A DNA stretch of 61,842 nucleotides, filler included, from Choristocarpus tenellus KU-1152 (taxonomy: Eukaryota; Protista; Phaeophyceae): assembly GCA_964200185.2 (NCBI GenBank). It is 9 parts of 9 records of this genome, joined end to end, with 100 filler letters (N's around TTAATTAATTAA, not from the genome) between each part and the next. Parts side by side here need not be neighbours in the genome. Positions count along the whole stretch, not along the records: positions 25,169 to 43,215 come from CAXNAD020000586.1; positions 43,316 to 47,880 come from CAXNAD020013991.1; positions 47,981 to 51,616 come from CAXNAD020018819.1; 6 more parts are not named here. One strand, written 5' to 3'. How positions within the stretch are numbered: position 1 is the first letter of the stretch; each line of letters opens with the position of its first letter. Shown here one piece after another: positions 37,401 to 50,599 of the stretch. A program made the translations under genes and the position numbers. Below the pieces are notes generated by a model. It saw nothing but the letters and a program-made list of their open reading frames with translations, had not been told where the DNA came from and ran no database searches.

Positions 37401-40400
37401 TTTGTTCCGATTATCTTGTCTATCGCCTATCCGGATAGTATTTTACTGGGTTTTTTAATTTTGTAGTCTACACCCTATAGGTGAACTGTGGTTGAGGTCC
37501 TCGTCACCTGACAACCCCTGTACAACATGGCATTGAAGTCATGCATCCATACCCATGACCACCTGCAAATGCTGACGAAAATGCCTGTAGAAGGTCTAGA
37601 AATAGGTCATTCCACAGTTCCGCAGCACAACACATGGTACAGCAACACACAGAGTTTGCTGCCTGCATGACAGGGGGACAAGATCAACCCTTTGTAGCCC
37701 CTCCCCCTACAGGTGTAGGCCATGGCCAACACCATGCGACCTCATACTAACTTTCCATTCCCACCCATTGTTGTCTAACTGTACACCTTCCTTGTACTGT
37801 GACATCAGATTCAAAATGAGGGATGGACTGGCAGGCCTAGAGGGTTATGAAGCCTCAAATGCAACACCTCAAGTGTTGGTGAAGACCTCTGTCTCTGACC
37901 CTGTCAAGATGCAGGTTTGTTGGCAGAGGTCAAGGTCAATAGGGATGGTGACGTTAGAGGAAGGGGGGGGGGAAGGGGGTATGATAAGGGTGTAGTGTTT
38001 TACTTGGTATGTGTGTGTGCTGTAGAATTAATTCATCCTGGAAGAGAACCATTATTGTTTGGTACTATCTGGTGTGGGAGACTGCCGGATAAATGGCGGG
38101 TGGAGGGGCTGCAAGTGGAGAGGCGAGTAATAGCCTCTCTTTGCCTGGGTCAAGGGCATCATTTCCCTGTAAGCACTGGCAAAGATGCTGTTGCATATTT
38201 GCTACTATTTTGTAGCATGAGGTTATTCCCCCTTCCCCTCTGCCCCCCTTTGTCTGCCTTTTGTACCTTCTATCTTGTATCTTTTTTTAGGTTACACAGT
38301 GTCATGACAACAGTTTCAGGTCAGAGGACATACATGCATCGCAATAGGTCATGCTCTATGGCATCCTGAAATCATGTTCCCGTGAGGCAGGAGTACAAGT
38401 AATTCTTGGTATCATAGTTTGCTTACATGGGTGTAATGTATCTGGTTCCAAAGTGTCAGGAACGTTCATGGTACACTTGAAACACTCCTGCTCTGCGTTT
38501 GATGCAATGCTCAGTCACACCCACCCCCAGTAAGCAGCCATTTGATGCTCAAGCAACACAAGACCCCAAAACAAGCATGAAGTACCCCAAAACACTCAAC
38601 ACTCAAACATGCACATGTCAACAACAATCATGTTACATGCCATACTCTTCTGACTCCCCTGCCCCCACCCTCCCACTTCTGGCTCCAGAAAGTGCTGGAT
38701 GAGATGTTTGACAAGCTGGACATCAATGCCGCAGGCCTGCCTATGGAATCTGCTTGCAACGCTGCTCTCCCCCTTCTGACAGTTACATTGATGTCCCATC
38801 AGCGGGAAAGCTTGACGTGGATGATGCAAAGAGAGACAAAGCCAGATGCTAATGGTGAGTTCTCCTGGAATAGCAAGGGTCTTCAGGAGCGCACTGGGAA
38901 GAGATGGGAGGGTTTGGAAGGCGGCATTGAAAGGGTTATCATCTCTAGCTTTTTGGGGCTATATTCTTACAGTTGTGGATGGAAGGGAGGGTGCAAGGGG
39001 GGGAGGGGATTGATGTTTGGGGATAACAGGAAGCAAGAACCGTGCACCAATGCAACACGACTGAAGACCATTGACGGCAGTATCTCTAGTTAGGTGAAAT
39101 GCCATTGTCCTGATTACATGGTACATGTGTTGAACGAATAGGGTCCCTGTTGTGAACCCTGTCACCTTTCCCCTATTTTCATTTTGCCCTGCAAGCCCTA
39201 CACTTGCAACGGCATTTTAGCAGGAGGGGTTGGGGGGGTCAGGTGGTTTGTTGTCGATCATACCATTACGGGACTTTTCTTGAAGGATCATTGTTGATCA
39301 TCCTGATAATGAATTCCACCGTAAAGAGTACGACATTTCGATGATAATCATTGTTGTATTGTATTGTGGTCATTCCAAAATCACTGCACCTCTACTTTTT
39401 AAACTTTCAACGGTAATTCCGCAACGACCATACAGTACCGTGATAATTTCGTATTGACCATACTGTACCGCGATAATTCCGTAACGACCATACATTACCG
39501 TGATAATTCCGTAACGACCATCCAGTACCGTGATAATTTCGTATTGACCATACCGTACCGCGATAACTCCGCAACGACAATCCAGTACCGTGATAATTCC
39601 GTAACGACCATACATTACCGTGATAATTCCGTAACGACCATCCAGTACTGTGATAATTCCGTAACGACCATACAATACCGTGATGATTTCGTAACGACCG
39701 TATAGTACCGTGGTAATTCCGTAATGACCATACCGTTACCGTCTAATAAATTTAACAGTAACCGGTACCGAAAAGTACTGTACTGTACCGTACGTAAATA
39801 GGATTTACCGTTTGTATGGATGATGTATAATAGTAATACATGAGTAGACTGCATAGTAGTATAATCTATTCGGTGTATACTCTCTGACATATAATATATA
39901 TATATGTTGATATATTTTTTTGTCTGAGGGTTGTGCGGTCCCACTGCTTGTCCATCTCTTCCATGATATAGACGATTCAATCTGCCAGTCAGAACTATCT
40001 CAACTCTTCCTCTCTAGGTGGGGTCTACTTCACCGACTCAGGTGCTCTATGAGGGGCGCCAAGTACGTAGTAATGAAGTAATAAAGTTACCGCATGCATG
40101 GTAGGGATCACCAGGACAGGTGGCAAAGTCGCAAGTTAGACTGTTGTTGCAGGGCAGGCTGCAGCAGCTGGCAACCAGGTGGAGATAGATGTGAATGGTT
40201 ATTGTCCAGGTACAGGGAACTACCTATAAAAATGCTTGTGCACGGCCTCATGTACCAGCACTCTCACTTTGGTCCTCCTGTCTATGTTTCTGTGATGTCA
40301 ACCAAGACACCACTCTTGTCGCTCACCTCACATGTCACCAGATACATGTCACCAGACACGAACACATACTCACACTTCCACCCTAGATGATTTATAATTC

Positions 40401-43035
40401 CATCATATTCAAATTTAAATTTAAATAACGAACGACTCGTGATTCCAATGTCTTACCGAACCTGCTGATTTGATCAACATGAAGTGGGGGACAGTTCACC
40501 AGGATGTCTTGAGAGGGGGCTGGCTCCCAGGGTGTGTAGGATGGTCACATATGGTAGAAACCTCAACCACCATGGAAAACTGTGGGAGTGGTGCGCCATA
40601 CCATCAAAACACCTTGCCATCCGAATGTCAAAATATTTTGGAAAAAAATTAAACTACCATTTTAAAAACCATTTTTTTTCCCCTCAATATTACCATTACA
40701 GTATTATTGTACACACTATGTCACGGTACACCTTACGGTACCTAACGGTACTTTTTCAAAATAGCTGTTACCATGCAATGTGATGGATTAGACAGTAGTT
40801 GCTGACGTATCATACCAGGGTTTTTTTTTTCCAACTTGGCCATTACTTTACCATACAATTTATTAGTGGTAGACCTCACCATACAGTTTTGTAGTGTTTC
40901 CAAAAGTACCATTACTGGACCAAAGTGGGAAATAACTACCATGGCGAGCCTTCTTGTTTGTGATTGCTTTTGGGCACTCACATACACGCACTTGTTTTTC
41001 TGTGCTGTTTTGCTAGGAAGCCACATTAGTTTGATTGTAGTGCCCATCTATACTTTGGAGAGAGAGAGAGAGAGGGAAACACTGGTAAGTACTATTATGG
41101 TATGCACTGTTGGTTAGTACCTGAAGACGCAGTCTTATAAGAGCTGGTGTGACGACATTGCCGGAACTACATTTCCATTTAATCTTGTAAACATTGTGCG
41201 TATAAATATGTAGGCGCAGCAACTGTTGTATGTTGCTGTTTTCTCCTTGGTGGTGATCCTCATCTAATGCAAACTTCTGTTTCAAAGTAAACACCCTTTA
41301 GACCTGTCTACTGTTCAGCAGACTCTGAAGACAAACATTCACCTCCATCGTGACACAGACAAAGGCATCAAATTAACAGCTACAGTATCCCAAGAACTAA
41401 GTTGGCTACAGTTCCTGTAATAGAATACTTACAACCAACCCACCACAACACTGTCCCTCGCACACCCACCTCATCTGCCCTACCTCTCCACCCTTTGCCT
41501 TCCACTTTGGCATATTCTGACCCTCCTCCCCATTTCCCTCCCCCTGGCACCAAATGACACTGTAGGCCTTCCTCCATTCTGGGAAAAACGTAAGGAGAAG
41601 GGAGCTCGTGTGTACTACAATGTCATCACTTGCTCATCGCAGGGCGCCAAGCCTGCGTCAGTGCATGGTGGGATCCTTGCAGATGACATGGGCCTAGTGA
41701 GTAATGCAATGGAGTGGGGGGAAAGATGGAAGGAGCAGGGGGTGAGCCAGTGTCGAGTACTAGTATTAAGATACCATTGCTTCACCAGGACAGAAAATTG
41801 TGCAACTTCATGCCTCATTGGAACTGTTATATTTCAATACTTGACAAGATCAGAGATTGGGAATCTTCCCAGCATATTCCATGGGCCATCACCCAACTAA
41901 TCGTGCACTCTCCCGAAAATAGTCATCTCAAGGTTCGCATTTCCCCTTTAGCCCATATCCTGGACCCCCCTCACACTCTCTCTCCCTCTCTATTTGTATT
42001 TATCCTTACGCTGTGGGGAGGTGGGAAAGCATTCTTGTCAGGATTTGATCCCACAACCTATGGTTTTGTCAAGTGTCAAGTGCTGAGATACCTCTGGTTC
42101 CACTGGGTCAGAAGGCGTGCAACTTTCTGTCCGAGTGGAACAGCGATATCTGAATACTTGATATTTTGATATCTGAATACTTGATATTTGCCAGGTTGTG
42201 GTTCCTTGTGGTTATTTGTGCTGTGCTCCATAGATTTTGGAATTTTGTAGTCGACTTTAGTATTGAATAAAGTAGTACTTTTTTGGTGCTACGAGTGGAG
42301 TTGCAAGTACCTGGGAGGGGTGCTTGAGGCAACTGTTGTAGTATGTGATATGGTGTGGTTACAGAGCGTTTGACTTTTGGACTACGGAAATTGTGCCTTG
42401 AGACCACTCTGCCGGAGTATGTTGCTGTTGACATGGACTTTTGTTTGCCTTGTGTTTCGAGATACAACCTTCTTTCATTACCCTGTCACCTGGAGAGGAC
42501 TTGAGCCTCCTTTGGATAAAATCCCCTTTCAATGCTCAGCCTCAAAAATTCTCTTTCAAGCACATTGATTTTTGCATCATGTTACGTCCACCCCTCTCCC
42601 TTTGATCTCCTGCTCAACCTGTCCATCTTAACCCCATCCACACGCACCCTTGCATGTGCACATTACAACTGTTATTTCAAAGTTGTGTCCTGCATCCCTA
42701 ACCCCATTAAGCTTGTGCCCTTCCCTTGTGATGGATGACAACTTGTTGTTGTCATACCTGGCAGGGCAAGACCCTGCAGACAATCTCCATCATTCTAGCC
42801 AACCCCCCCCCCAGGAAAAGCGGACCTGGGTAGGACAGGGGCGGTCTCTGCCCGCCGCAACCAGCTCGNNNNNNNNNNCATCATTCTAGCCAACCCCCCC
42901 CCAGGCAAAGACTACCTTGGTAGGGCAGAGGCGATATCTGCCCACCACAATCAGCTCGCAGAATTGGAGACCATGAAGGCTGGGGAAAGGAAGGATGGTG
43001 ACAAGAGGGAAGCAAAGTCTCCCATCTTGCCTATG
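34451..43035 (+). CDS. HLTF: HIRAN-domain SNF2 helicase, Rad5/HLTF (SMARCA3)-like; 5' part only, truncated by the contig edge
   Basis: Exons 34451-34518 (LIVGCKYYR), 35252-35351 (GVAHKGEYVSLVREQRNPYDKNAIRVDN) and 36788-36972 (VRHIKAPMAAALAPVLD) form the HIRAN domain. Then 37809-37914; 38689-38854 (LMSHQRESLTWMMQRE, Q-motif); 41643-41696 plus 42765-43035 (GGILADDMGL|GKTLQTISII, Walker A). The start codon and at least one exon between 38854 and 41643 were not resolved. Confidence 0.88.
39409..39742. repeat. 30-bp minisatellite, ~11 units, in an HLTF intron
   Basis: Consensus TACCGTGATAATTCCGTAACGACCATACAG in direct tandem, with no unique spacers. Confidence 0.93.
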
Positions 43036-44347
43036 GTGAGGGAAATTGCTCTTGCTTCGTTGTAGTTAAGGTTTACTATTATTGTCAAAGAGCAAAGAGT
43101 TAGATCTAGGTCTTCTCGGGGTATTTTTTGGGGTCGAGGCATCCATACCCCAGGGGGGGGGGGGGGGGGGTTTTTTTTTTTTTTTCCTTATGGTTTTCCC
43201 TTTGTACTGCGAAAGNNNNNNNNNNNNNNNNNNNNNNNNNNNNNNNNNNNNNNNNNNNNTTAATTAATTAANNNNNNNNNNNNNNNNNNNNNNNNNNNNN
43301 NNNNNNNNNNNNNNNATAGCATCGTTTTGAGGTCGTTGGATTTGAGTTGTACATCCTGGAAAGGTGAGCATTGAGGGGCGCCTGTAACATATATATACCA
43401 TCTTGGCATGGATACTAAGGTAGTCGTGGCAAACCTCGCCACTTACATGTAGGGGTTGGTCAACACCAACTATAAATCACCGCTAGGTGGAGTTTGATGT
43501 TGTTGTGGGAGTGTAGAGTTTGACCTTTATCTCACAAATAAGGAGTACATCAACTATATTTCAACTGAATTTTCATAAGGACCAGCTCAATCAAATGGTA
43601 ACGCAAACAAACAGTACTCATATGAGATCCGATGGGCATCATGTAAATGCCAATGATGACAACCCGTATATATTGGGTCTTCCGGTCGTGGGATGGTGGT
43701 AACTTTAAGTGCGGACAAGAAACAGATTGTTTATTGGGTAAAATTCCAAGCTGAATGCGGGTTATGGACAGGTCCTGACTTCGACTGTTTCATGAATTAT
43801 TCACTCCCACTCCCACTTTGGGGACCTCCCCTCGGTATTTGCATTGAGTGATAATACTGTTTGGGAGATGGGAATGGTAGCGATGGATACCTGTAGGATC
43901 AAGATAGGAGAGCCTGACAGCCCTCCTCTTGCCCACGTGGCACACAACATCCTACTCATGTCAGAGCAGGTATTTGCCACACACAATAGTAATGGGTATA
44001 GCACATAGGAACATGTTCAGGGTTTTGCTTGCACTTCTCAATGAGGTCTGCCTCAATTTGCATGTTACTGCCTGAGAGGTTAGCAGGGTTGATATCATGG
44101 TGCTTGTTGTGTCATCTCACAAGCCAGAGGTTGTCCAGCAGATACTTCTTTGTCGAGGCGTGTGGGGGGTTGCTGGTCACTTCAAGGGCCAGGCCTCCCC
44201 CTTGTACACCTTCATTCTGTGTCCTTTTAGCTGTCCATTACCCCATCTTTTTGAAGTACAGAAGCAATGAGCAGTTCAATCCACTGACACTCAGCCGCCA
44301 ATTTACCTCTCCCGTCATCATCTCTGGAGGAAGAAGATGGGTGGTTG

Positions 44348-44745
44348 ATTCGAGTTGATAAATCTACGAGCTGAATCGTGCTCCATCAAAGATTGTTGCA
44401 GTAGTCAAACTCATTACCCCGTTCAGTGTTGAGCAGCTGAGAGTTTCTTTGTGGAGTATGATGTCATCGCAAAAGGTTGCAGGAATGCAAGTTGACCATT
44501 ATGGATTGAGCCCTGCTCCACGAAAGATTATTGCAGTAACCAAACAAAATGCCTTGTTGACTGTTGAGCAATTGAGCGGTTTCTTAGACATAATCCTCAT
44601 GGTGTATGCCAACGAAACAATTGTTAGGAACGAAAGTTGATCGATACAGCTTAAAATCCACTTCAAAAAAGATTATTGTAGTAGCTAGATCAACTTCCCT
44701 ATCCATTGCTGACTGGTTGAGGGGTTTGTTGCGCTTGACAGGGTA
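44348..44745 (+). repeat. Three diverged ~140-bp tandem units that look protein-coding (unknown family)
   Basis: Units translate as IYELNRAPSKIVAVVKLITPFSVEQLR / VDHYGLSPAPRKIIAVTKQNALLTVEQLSGFL / VDRYSLKSTSKKIIVVARSTSLSIADWLRGLL, with a frameshift between units 2 and 3 and a break at the start of unit 1. Confidence 0.6.
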
Positions 44746-46692
44746 TATGGAATAGTTCGTACCCAATTATGGTGCGCTCGCTTCTCCCCCTGCAGAAGAA
44801 GTATAAGTGCTCAACGAGTATTCTCCTGCGAAGTAACTTCTTGCCTCAGGAAGGTGCACTTTGTCGCTTTCCTATAGGTACACCCTACATCAAGAAGGAG
44901 TGGAAAAATGAGGGAGGAGAGGAAATGTAGTACTCCGAAAAAGCCCTCGATTAATGCATGATACCATTGCAGATTGCGCTATGAAGACCGAGCTTTAAAA
45001 GAGAGAAAAAGATAGAACATGTTCTCCATTTTTCAACAGCAGGCAAGGGCGCCACATGGCAAATTGTTACGGCGTGCTTGGATTGCAAGGTGGATATCAT
45101 TGTATGAGGATTAGCATGGCAAGAGCTGTATCATCATTACAGACACATACATCTAAGTGAAAGGTACAGTGGTGGACATTATCCCCACTACTTTTGTATG
45201 TTTACAATGAGGGAAAGGCCTTTTGTGGGCAGATCTCTATGTTGTATGATTGTGTTCATTTAGGGGGAAGTGCACAGTGTCCTCACTTTTAATGTTTTTG
45301 GCTTGGTTAAAGGGACTACGGTGGACCGTACCCTACTTTTAATACTTTTCGTGTATGTTTGTGATAGGAGGGGAAAGTCTATCGTGGACAGAACCTCATT
45401 TTTTTAGAGGTAGAACCCCGTTGTTGTAGAAGGCGCCCCACTTATCATCTTATTTTCTGGTTTTCATTTTATATAATAGTGAAGGAAAGAGCCATCTGCA
45501 GTATTTAACAACTACTCATCAAGAACTTTATGTTGAGGAAAAGGGTCCCTTCAGTCTAACGTCTTACAAACAACAGGGGTAGCGTGTTGAAGAACTCTGT
45601 ATTAGGGTTTTTCCAGTATCCCCGCAAGACTGGAAAAGCTCACCAACGGGTGGATGGCACACATTGGTTGCTGCAGATAGTTTTGAGTTGACTACAGAGA
45701 TTACGGGGAAGCAGGGCCCGTCACTGGGGCTGATGCATCCCCCTACTACCCCGATATCAACCCTAAGGGAGGGGAGGAAAATCTATCCATGTTTGAATTT
45801 ACTTGGATTTCTGATTCACATTACATAGCAAACAAAGTAGTAGAGCTCTTCGAGGAAGGAAAATATTTCCAATTAAACCGAAAGTTGGTGCATATTTTCC
45901 TTTCTGATCACTGCCAAGCCTCAAACAGAGTCTCAAATCACCAGTTTACTGAGAGTCAAAGTAAGCAAGAGGGACCCGGACTTGTATTTAAGAATGCTGA
46001 CAATTACGTCCAAAATTGTCTTTTTTTACAAATGTGTAAAGGATATATTCTGAACTGTGTCGGAAAAGTTCAAGCGAATGAGAAGTGAACGCCCTCAACT
46101 CAAACTTAGATCTTCATCCATCCGTAGAAAATATGGGTGAATTCCAAAAGATTGAAAACAGATTTCAAATGCAAAACGGCCACCAAAACCTGGCTACCGC
46201 TCACAGACTTTGGCTCTGAGGAATCAGCATGGTGCCCTCGTGTACGACTTAGGAGGGGAAGAGGAGGACAATGGCCGGGATTTGGAAAAAAATGCTTTGT
46301 TCTGCACAGATCGCCCCAGTCTTCCAGCAATGGGTAGAGTGAGCTCGGTAATGAACGGAAGGGAAGGAAAGGTAGGATGTGCTCCTGTCTAGAATACTTT
46401 AAAGTGCGCCTCAATTTAGAGCTATCACAACCATGGATCACTACCAGTAAGCCCAACCGAGGCTGATTCTAGCTGGAGCCTTTCTTGTCCTAGAGGTTCG
46501 GCAATAGTGCATCGTAAAGTCTCGTGCAAACTACTGTACTGCGGTGCCTGCAAGTTGCATATCAACAGGTAGGGATTGGCATTAGGTTACTGAGAAAACT
46601 CAAAGGAGAGCTCCTCAAAACTAGGTTCATACCAGAGAGAGAAATATGTCCAATACCTAACCACACCTCTTTTATTCCTGTGTTTCGACAAT

Positions 46693-46952
46693 GAGTCAAA
46701 GTATCTTAGAGAGTAGGGCCGTGTCCATTTGGGGGCCAAAATCCAATGTTTTGATTTGGATGTAATTTTGGCTATCGTGTTTGTTAGGAAGTGTCAATAC
46801 CCTTGTTTCGCACACACATTTTCATAACGCATTCATTTTACCTCCTCCAAAGCATTTTGGAGTAGAAAAAATGTTTTTAAAAAAAAACATGCGAACCCAA
46901 GCACCAAATGGACAAACAGGAAAAAACTCGTACCCTCTAAGATAATTCACTC
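46693..46952. mobile_element. MITE family B copy
   Basis: GAGTCAAAGTATCTTAGAG ... CTCTAAGATAATTCACTC; flanks CAAT/CGAT; interior colinear with 24439-24711. Confidence 0.8.
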
Positions 46953-46980
46953 CGATGTCACAAAAGGCAGGATCCTGCGA

Positions 46981-47160
46981 GGCTCAAAGTATCTATCTGA
47001 GGGGGGTGTCAGCTGTCCATTTGGGGTCATTTTCTCGTGTCACAATTTTTTAGTAATTTGGCTGCGTATGTCCAACGGATAATGTAAATGCACTTTTCCT
47101 TATTTTGGCCCAAATGGACACCCTGGTGTAGACCCTCCCCCCCCCCCCATACTTTGGGAT
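46981..47160. mobile_element. MITE family A copy
   Basis: GGCTCAAAGTATCT ... CATACTTTGGGAT; interior is the reverse complement of 8085-8272. Confidence 0.78.
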
Positions 47161-49385
47161 CTGCGACATATGCTACTCGCACTAAAAGGCAGAAAACATC
47201 ATGTACGTGCCCAGCTACATCCCCATTCACTCATATCAATCACCTCAGCATGGTGAAGAACAGATGTGCTGGTGGTACCCTTCCGTTGTTGCTGTCATTA
47301 ACACGTAAGCACATAGAAGATACATGGCAAGTCCACTACCGGAACAGAAAGAAAACAATGATTTACTCGGTGTTGCATATTTTCCCTCAGCATTCCCCAT
47401 TATTACATTGCCCTACCATTCTGGTGCACGCTTCACAAAACATGCTGGAAATAATCAGTTGTAACACGACACATCAACCTCTAATTGTGTATCAAGAGCA
47501 ACATCAACAAGATGCAAAGAAACATCTCCCTCCACAAACAAAGGAATTCCAGCCATCTGCACATCGATTCCACAGTGGGCAGATGTAGATATATTTTGTG
47601 CGTGTATGTGTGTGTATCTGCTGAATATTTCTTGTACTTTTGTCATCTACAGTACAGTCAAGAACTAGGTCACAAGGCAAAAGGGAGACTGGAGGTCTCC
47701 CATGCCTGACATCAAATCTTCCTGTAGGGCTGAATGGACACTCAACCTATTCTTTTTTTTCCCACAGCTGATTACATCGCAGTGTCCTGTAAAAAAACCC
47801 GAAACACATGAAGGGTAATTAAGCCCCTCAGACGTTTGAGACATTGGTGTATGTGGGTGAGGGTGTGGGAGAAGAGGGGGNNNNNNNNNNNNNNNNNNNN
47901 NNNNNNNNNNNNNNNNNNNNNNNNTTAATTAATTAANNNNNNNNNNNNNNNNNNNNNNNNNNNNNNNNNNNNNNNNNNNNAAACGGACGCCCCCTCACAA
48001 ACCACCCCCCCCTCCCAGATACTTTGACCCAAATATACTCCAGTATATGCGTATATATTCACATATAGTACTTATTAGATTAACCAAGCACTGTTTAGAG
48101 GATCAATCTAACAAGTACGGCCGGTTCACCCCGTTGTACTTGGATACCACTAACCAACGGGAGGAGTGGTATGAGTCCTTGGCTAATGGGACGACAAGGT
48201 TAATGGAAAAATTGCATTCCAAGGGACTGATAGGAAATGTACGTCACACCAAAACAGCAGCTAAGACCGCCCAAGCCACCTACATATCCACCATCGCTGT
48301 CTGCTGAAAGTTGCTTTCTCTTTGGATTGATTTTTTTGCATCCTGTTTGCTTTCTTCTCTTCCACTTATGATTTTTGGGTGATTAAATTCTACACTTGGT
48401 TACTCACGTTGTGTAGTATTTAACAGATCCTAACACATTTTTATTATTGAATTTTATTCGTTCTGTGATAATTGTCTCCTCCTGTCTCGCCAACATTACT
48501 TCTCAAGCTAATAGTTGATATATCCCTTTTAATTGTTTTGATTAACACTTGAAAATATTTTTAGCCTAGAGCAATTTTAACAGTAATTAACACCAAGAAC
48601 AACGTGTTTTTTTCTACTGCCGATTCTAATTTCTTTTTACTTTTTCTCTTTTTCTACTCTTCTTCCAATGATATTATTTTCTTTCATGATCCTTGTTGCC
48701 ATTTCTCAAGCAGCAGTGAGTACTGCCTTCTTTGGACTACCTTTTGGAAAATAGGTCTGGGATCCCTTAGGTTAATGTGATGAAATAATGACAATAAATA
48801 ATATCTGGACAAGGTCCATCTTACATCCACACCCAAGGTCAAGAAACGCAGCAAGATACAAGGAAGTACGTAGTTCTTTCTAGTCCCTTGGTCGTAAACC
48901 GTGCTACGGTACAGTGGTCTTTGGAGGACTACTAGTAGGTTGGAAATCATTCATTTACAGAAATGACACTCTCACAGTACTTGGTAGTTGCGAAGCTGAC
49001 ACTGCCTGGGAGGAGGTACGTGAGTACACTATTATTCTTGAGACAAAATGTTGAGAGAGGAAACTGAGTCACCATGCTGAAATATTCCCAAACCCTATTA
49101 CGTGATGCAGAAGAAATAGTACTACATATAGTAGTACCATTTGTATTGCTACCAGATGGCAGGGTATTTCTAGTAGTAGTAGAGCACAGTTACAATTCAG
49201 TGGCACTGTGCACAACCAACGCAAAGTAAAAGCTCGTGGTCACAGCAAATATTACCAAGTAGAGTAAGAAAGCAAGTCGGTACAATGTATCAGTCCTTTC
49301 TGCAATTATACGAAATGGCTTCTTTTTGCCCTTGCTCGAGTTCCTTAACATGCAACCGTGCCTATCTCTCACTTGGTTTGGCTCT

Positions 49386-49565
49386 GGCTCAAAGTATCTG
49401 GGGGGGGTGGCGGCTGTCGACTTGGGGTCAATTTTTTCATGTCGTGATTTTTTGGGGAATTGGTTGCATACGTTGGATGGATAATGTAAATTCACTTTTC
49501 CTGATTTTGAACCAAATAGACACCCTGGTGTAGACTCCCCCGCCCCCTCCCAGATACTTTGGGTC
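49386..49565. mobile_element. MITE family A copy
   Basis: GGCTCAAAGTATCTGGGGG ... CCCAGATACTTTGGGTC; interior colinear with 46981-47160. Confidence 0.8.
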
Positions 49566-50599
49566 TCTATGTACCATTGAACCCAATAAAGCAACAGAAA
49601 ATGCTTTCCCATGCTGGAACTCCTTCCTCATTTTGGATCCAGAGACTCTATGGCTTCTGTGACTATATTTTCCTGTAGGCAGGTAGCTCCAAACTAAAAT
49701 CTTAAAAAAGATCTCTGCCCAATAAATATTTTATCCTCCTGGTTTTGTTTCCGACTTTGTTGTCCGTTGTGCAGGCTACTCCATGCCCATCCACAGGCCT
49801 ACTTATTTGTCAGGCTTGAGAGCTGAGGATTGATTAGGTACGTTGGTCTATAGGAAGGGCACCAGATCTGTCTACCTCCACACAAAGAGCATACACCAGA
49901 TTGTGGGTACAGTCGAGGATGACATTATTACTATCTCTGGCATTATTTCTTGACTCAGTTTACTACTCCCTTTTGTTATTGCTGATTCGTTTTTTTTTTG
50001 TTCCCTCCTAGCAATTTCTTGGTACTAACTTACCTGTTACATATGTCATATGATTTTATAAAATTGAGTTTTATTTTTCGTTAGTCGGTTACATCCGCGA
50101 CAAAGAATTAGATCAACCACATCAGCATTCACATCCATCAAACGATCGCTGGGTCACATTTTCACAGGTTTCAGTATACCGTGCCTTGCTCACACTGTGG
50201 TGTGCATATGCACCCCTGAGATTGGGAATAGGGCAGGTGCGAAGAAAGAGATGGTGATAACTAGCCGCCATAGTAGGGGTCTTCTCGGAATCAACCTTCT
50301 ACTAGACGGTGTTGCCACTGATCCAGATAGTACGTATGTTTATCTGAGGTCTAACGTTCGTGACACACGCAATTTCTGCGGCAGTGACAGCCTGCAGTGC
50401 CCCCTGGGTCTCCTCCTAAGCCGTTGAGTTGCTCCTTGGCCAGGTAGAGCAAATCATATTGTTGGTTATTGACTATTGGCTGACCGAGTTTTCGTCAAGG
50501 ACACAGGTGTGTGCTCCTTTCAACTACTGTATCTTGACTAGTAAGTGGTATAAATCTCACGTGCACGAAGAGAAATAATTATTGTATGGGATACTTTGC

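Noticed and set aside
39409-39742. CRISPR-like array, or repeat-protein ORFs 39370-39675 and 39454-39705
   Set aside because: Units are contiguous with no unique spacers, there are no cas genes, and it sits in a eukaryotic intron. The ORFs arise because the 30-bp unit lacks stops in those frames.
42789-42960. Tandem duplication of the HLTF IILANPPP exon segment
   Set aside because: The two versions flank a 10-N gap and diverge only after a poly-C run, typical of a low-quality read end at an unmerged overlap.
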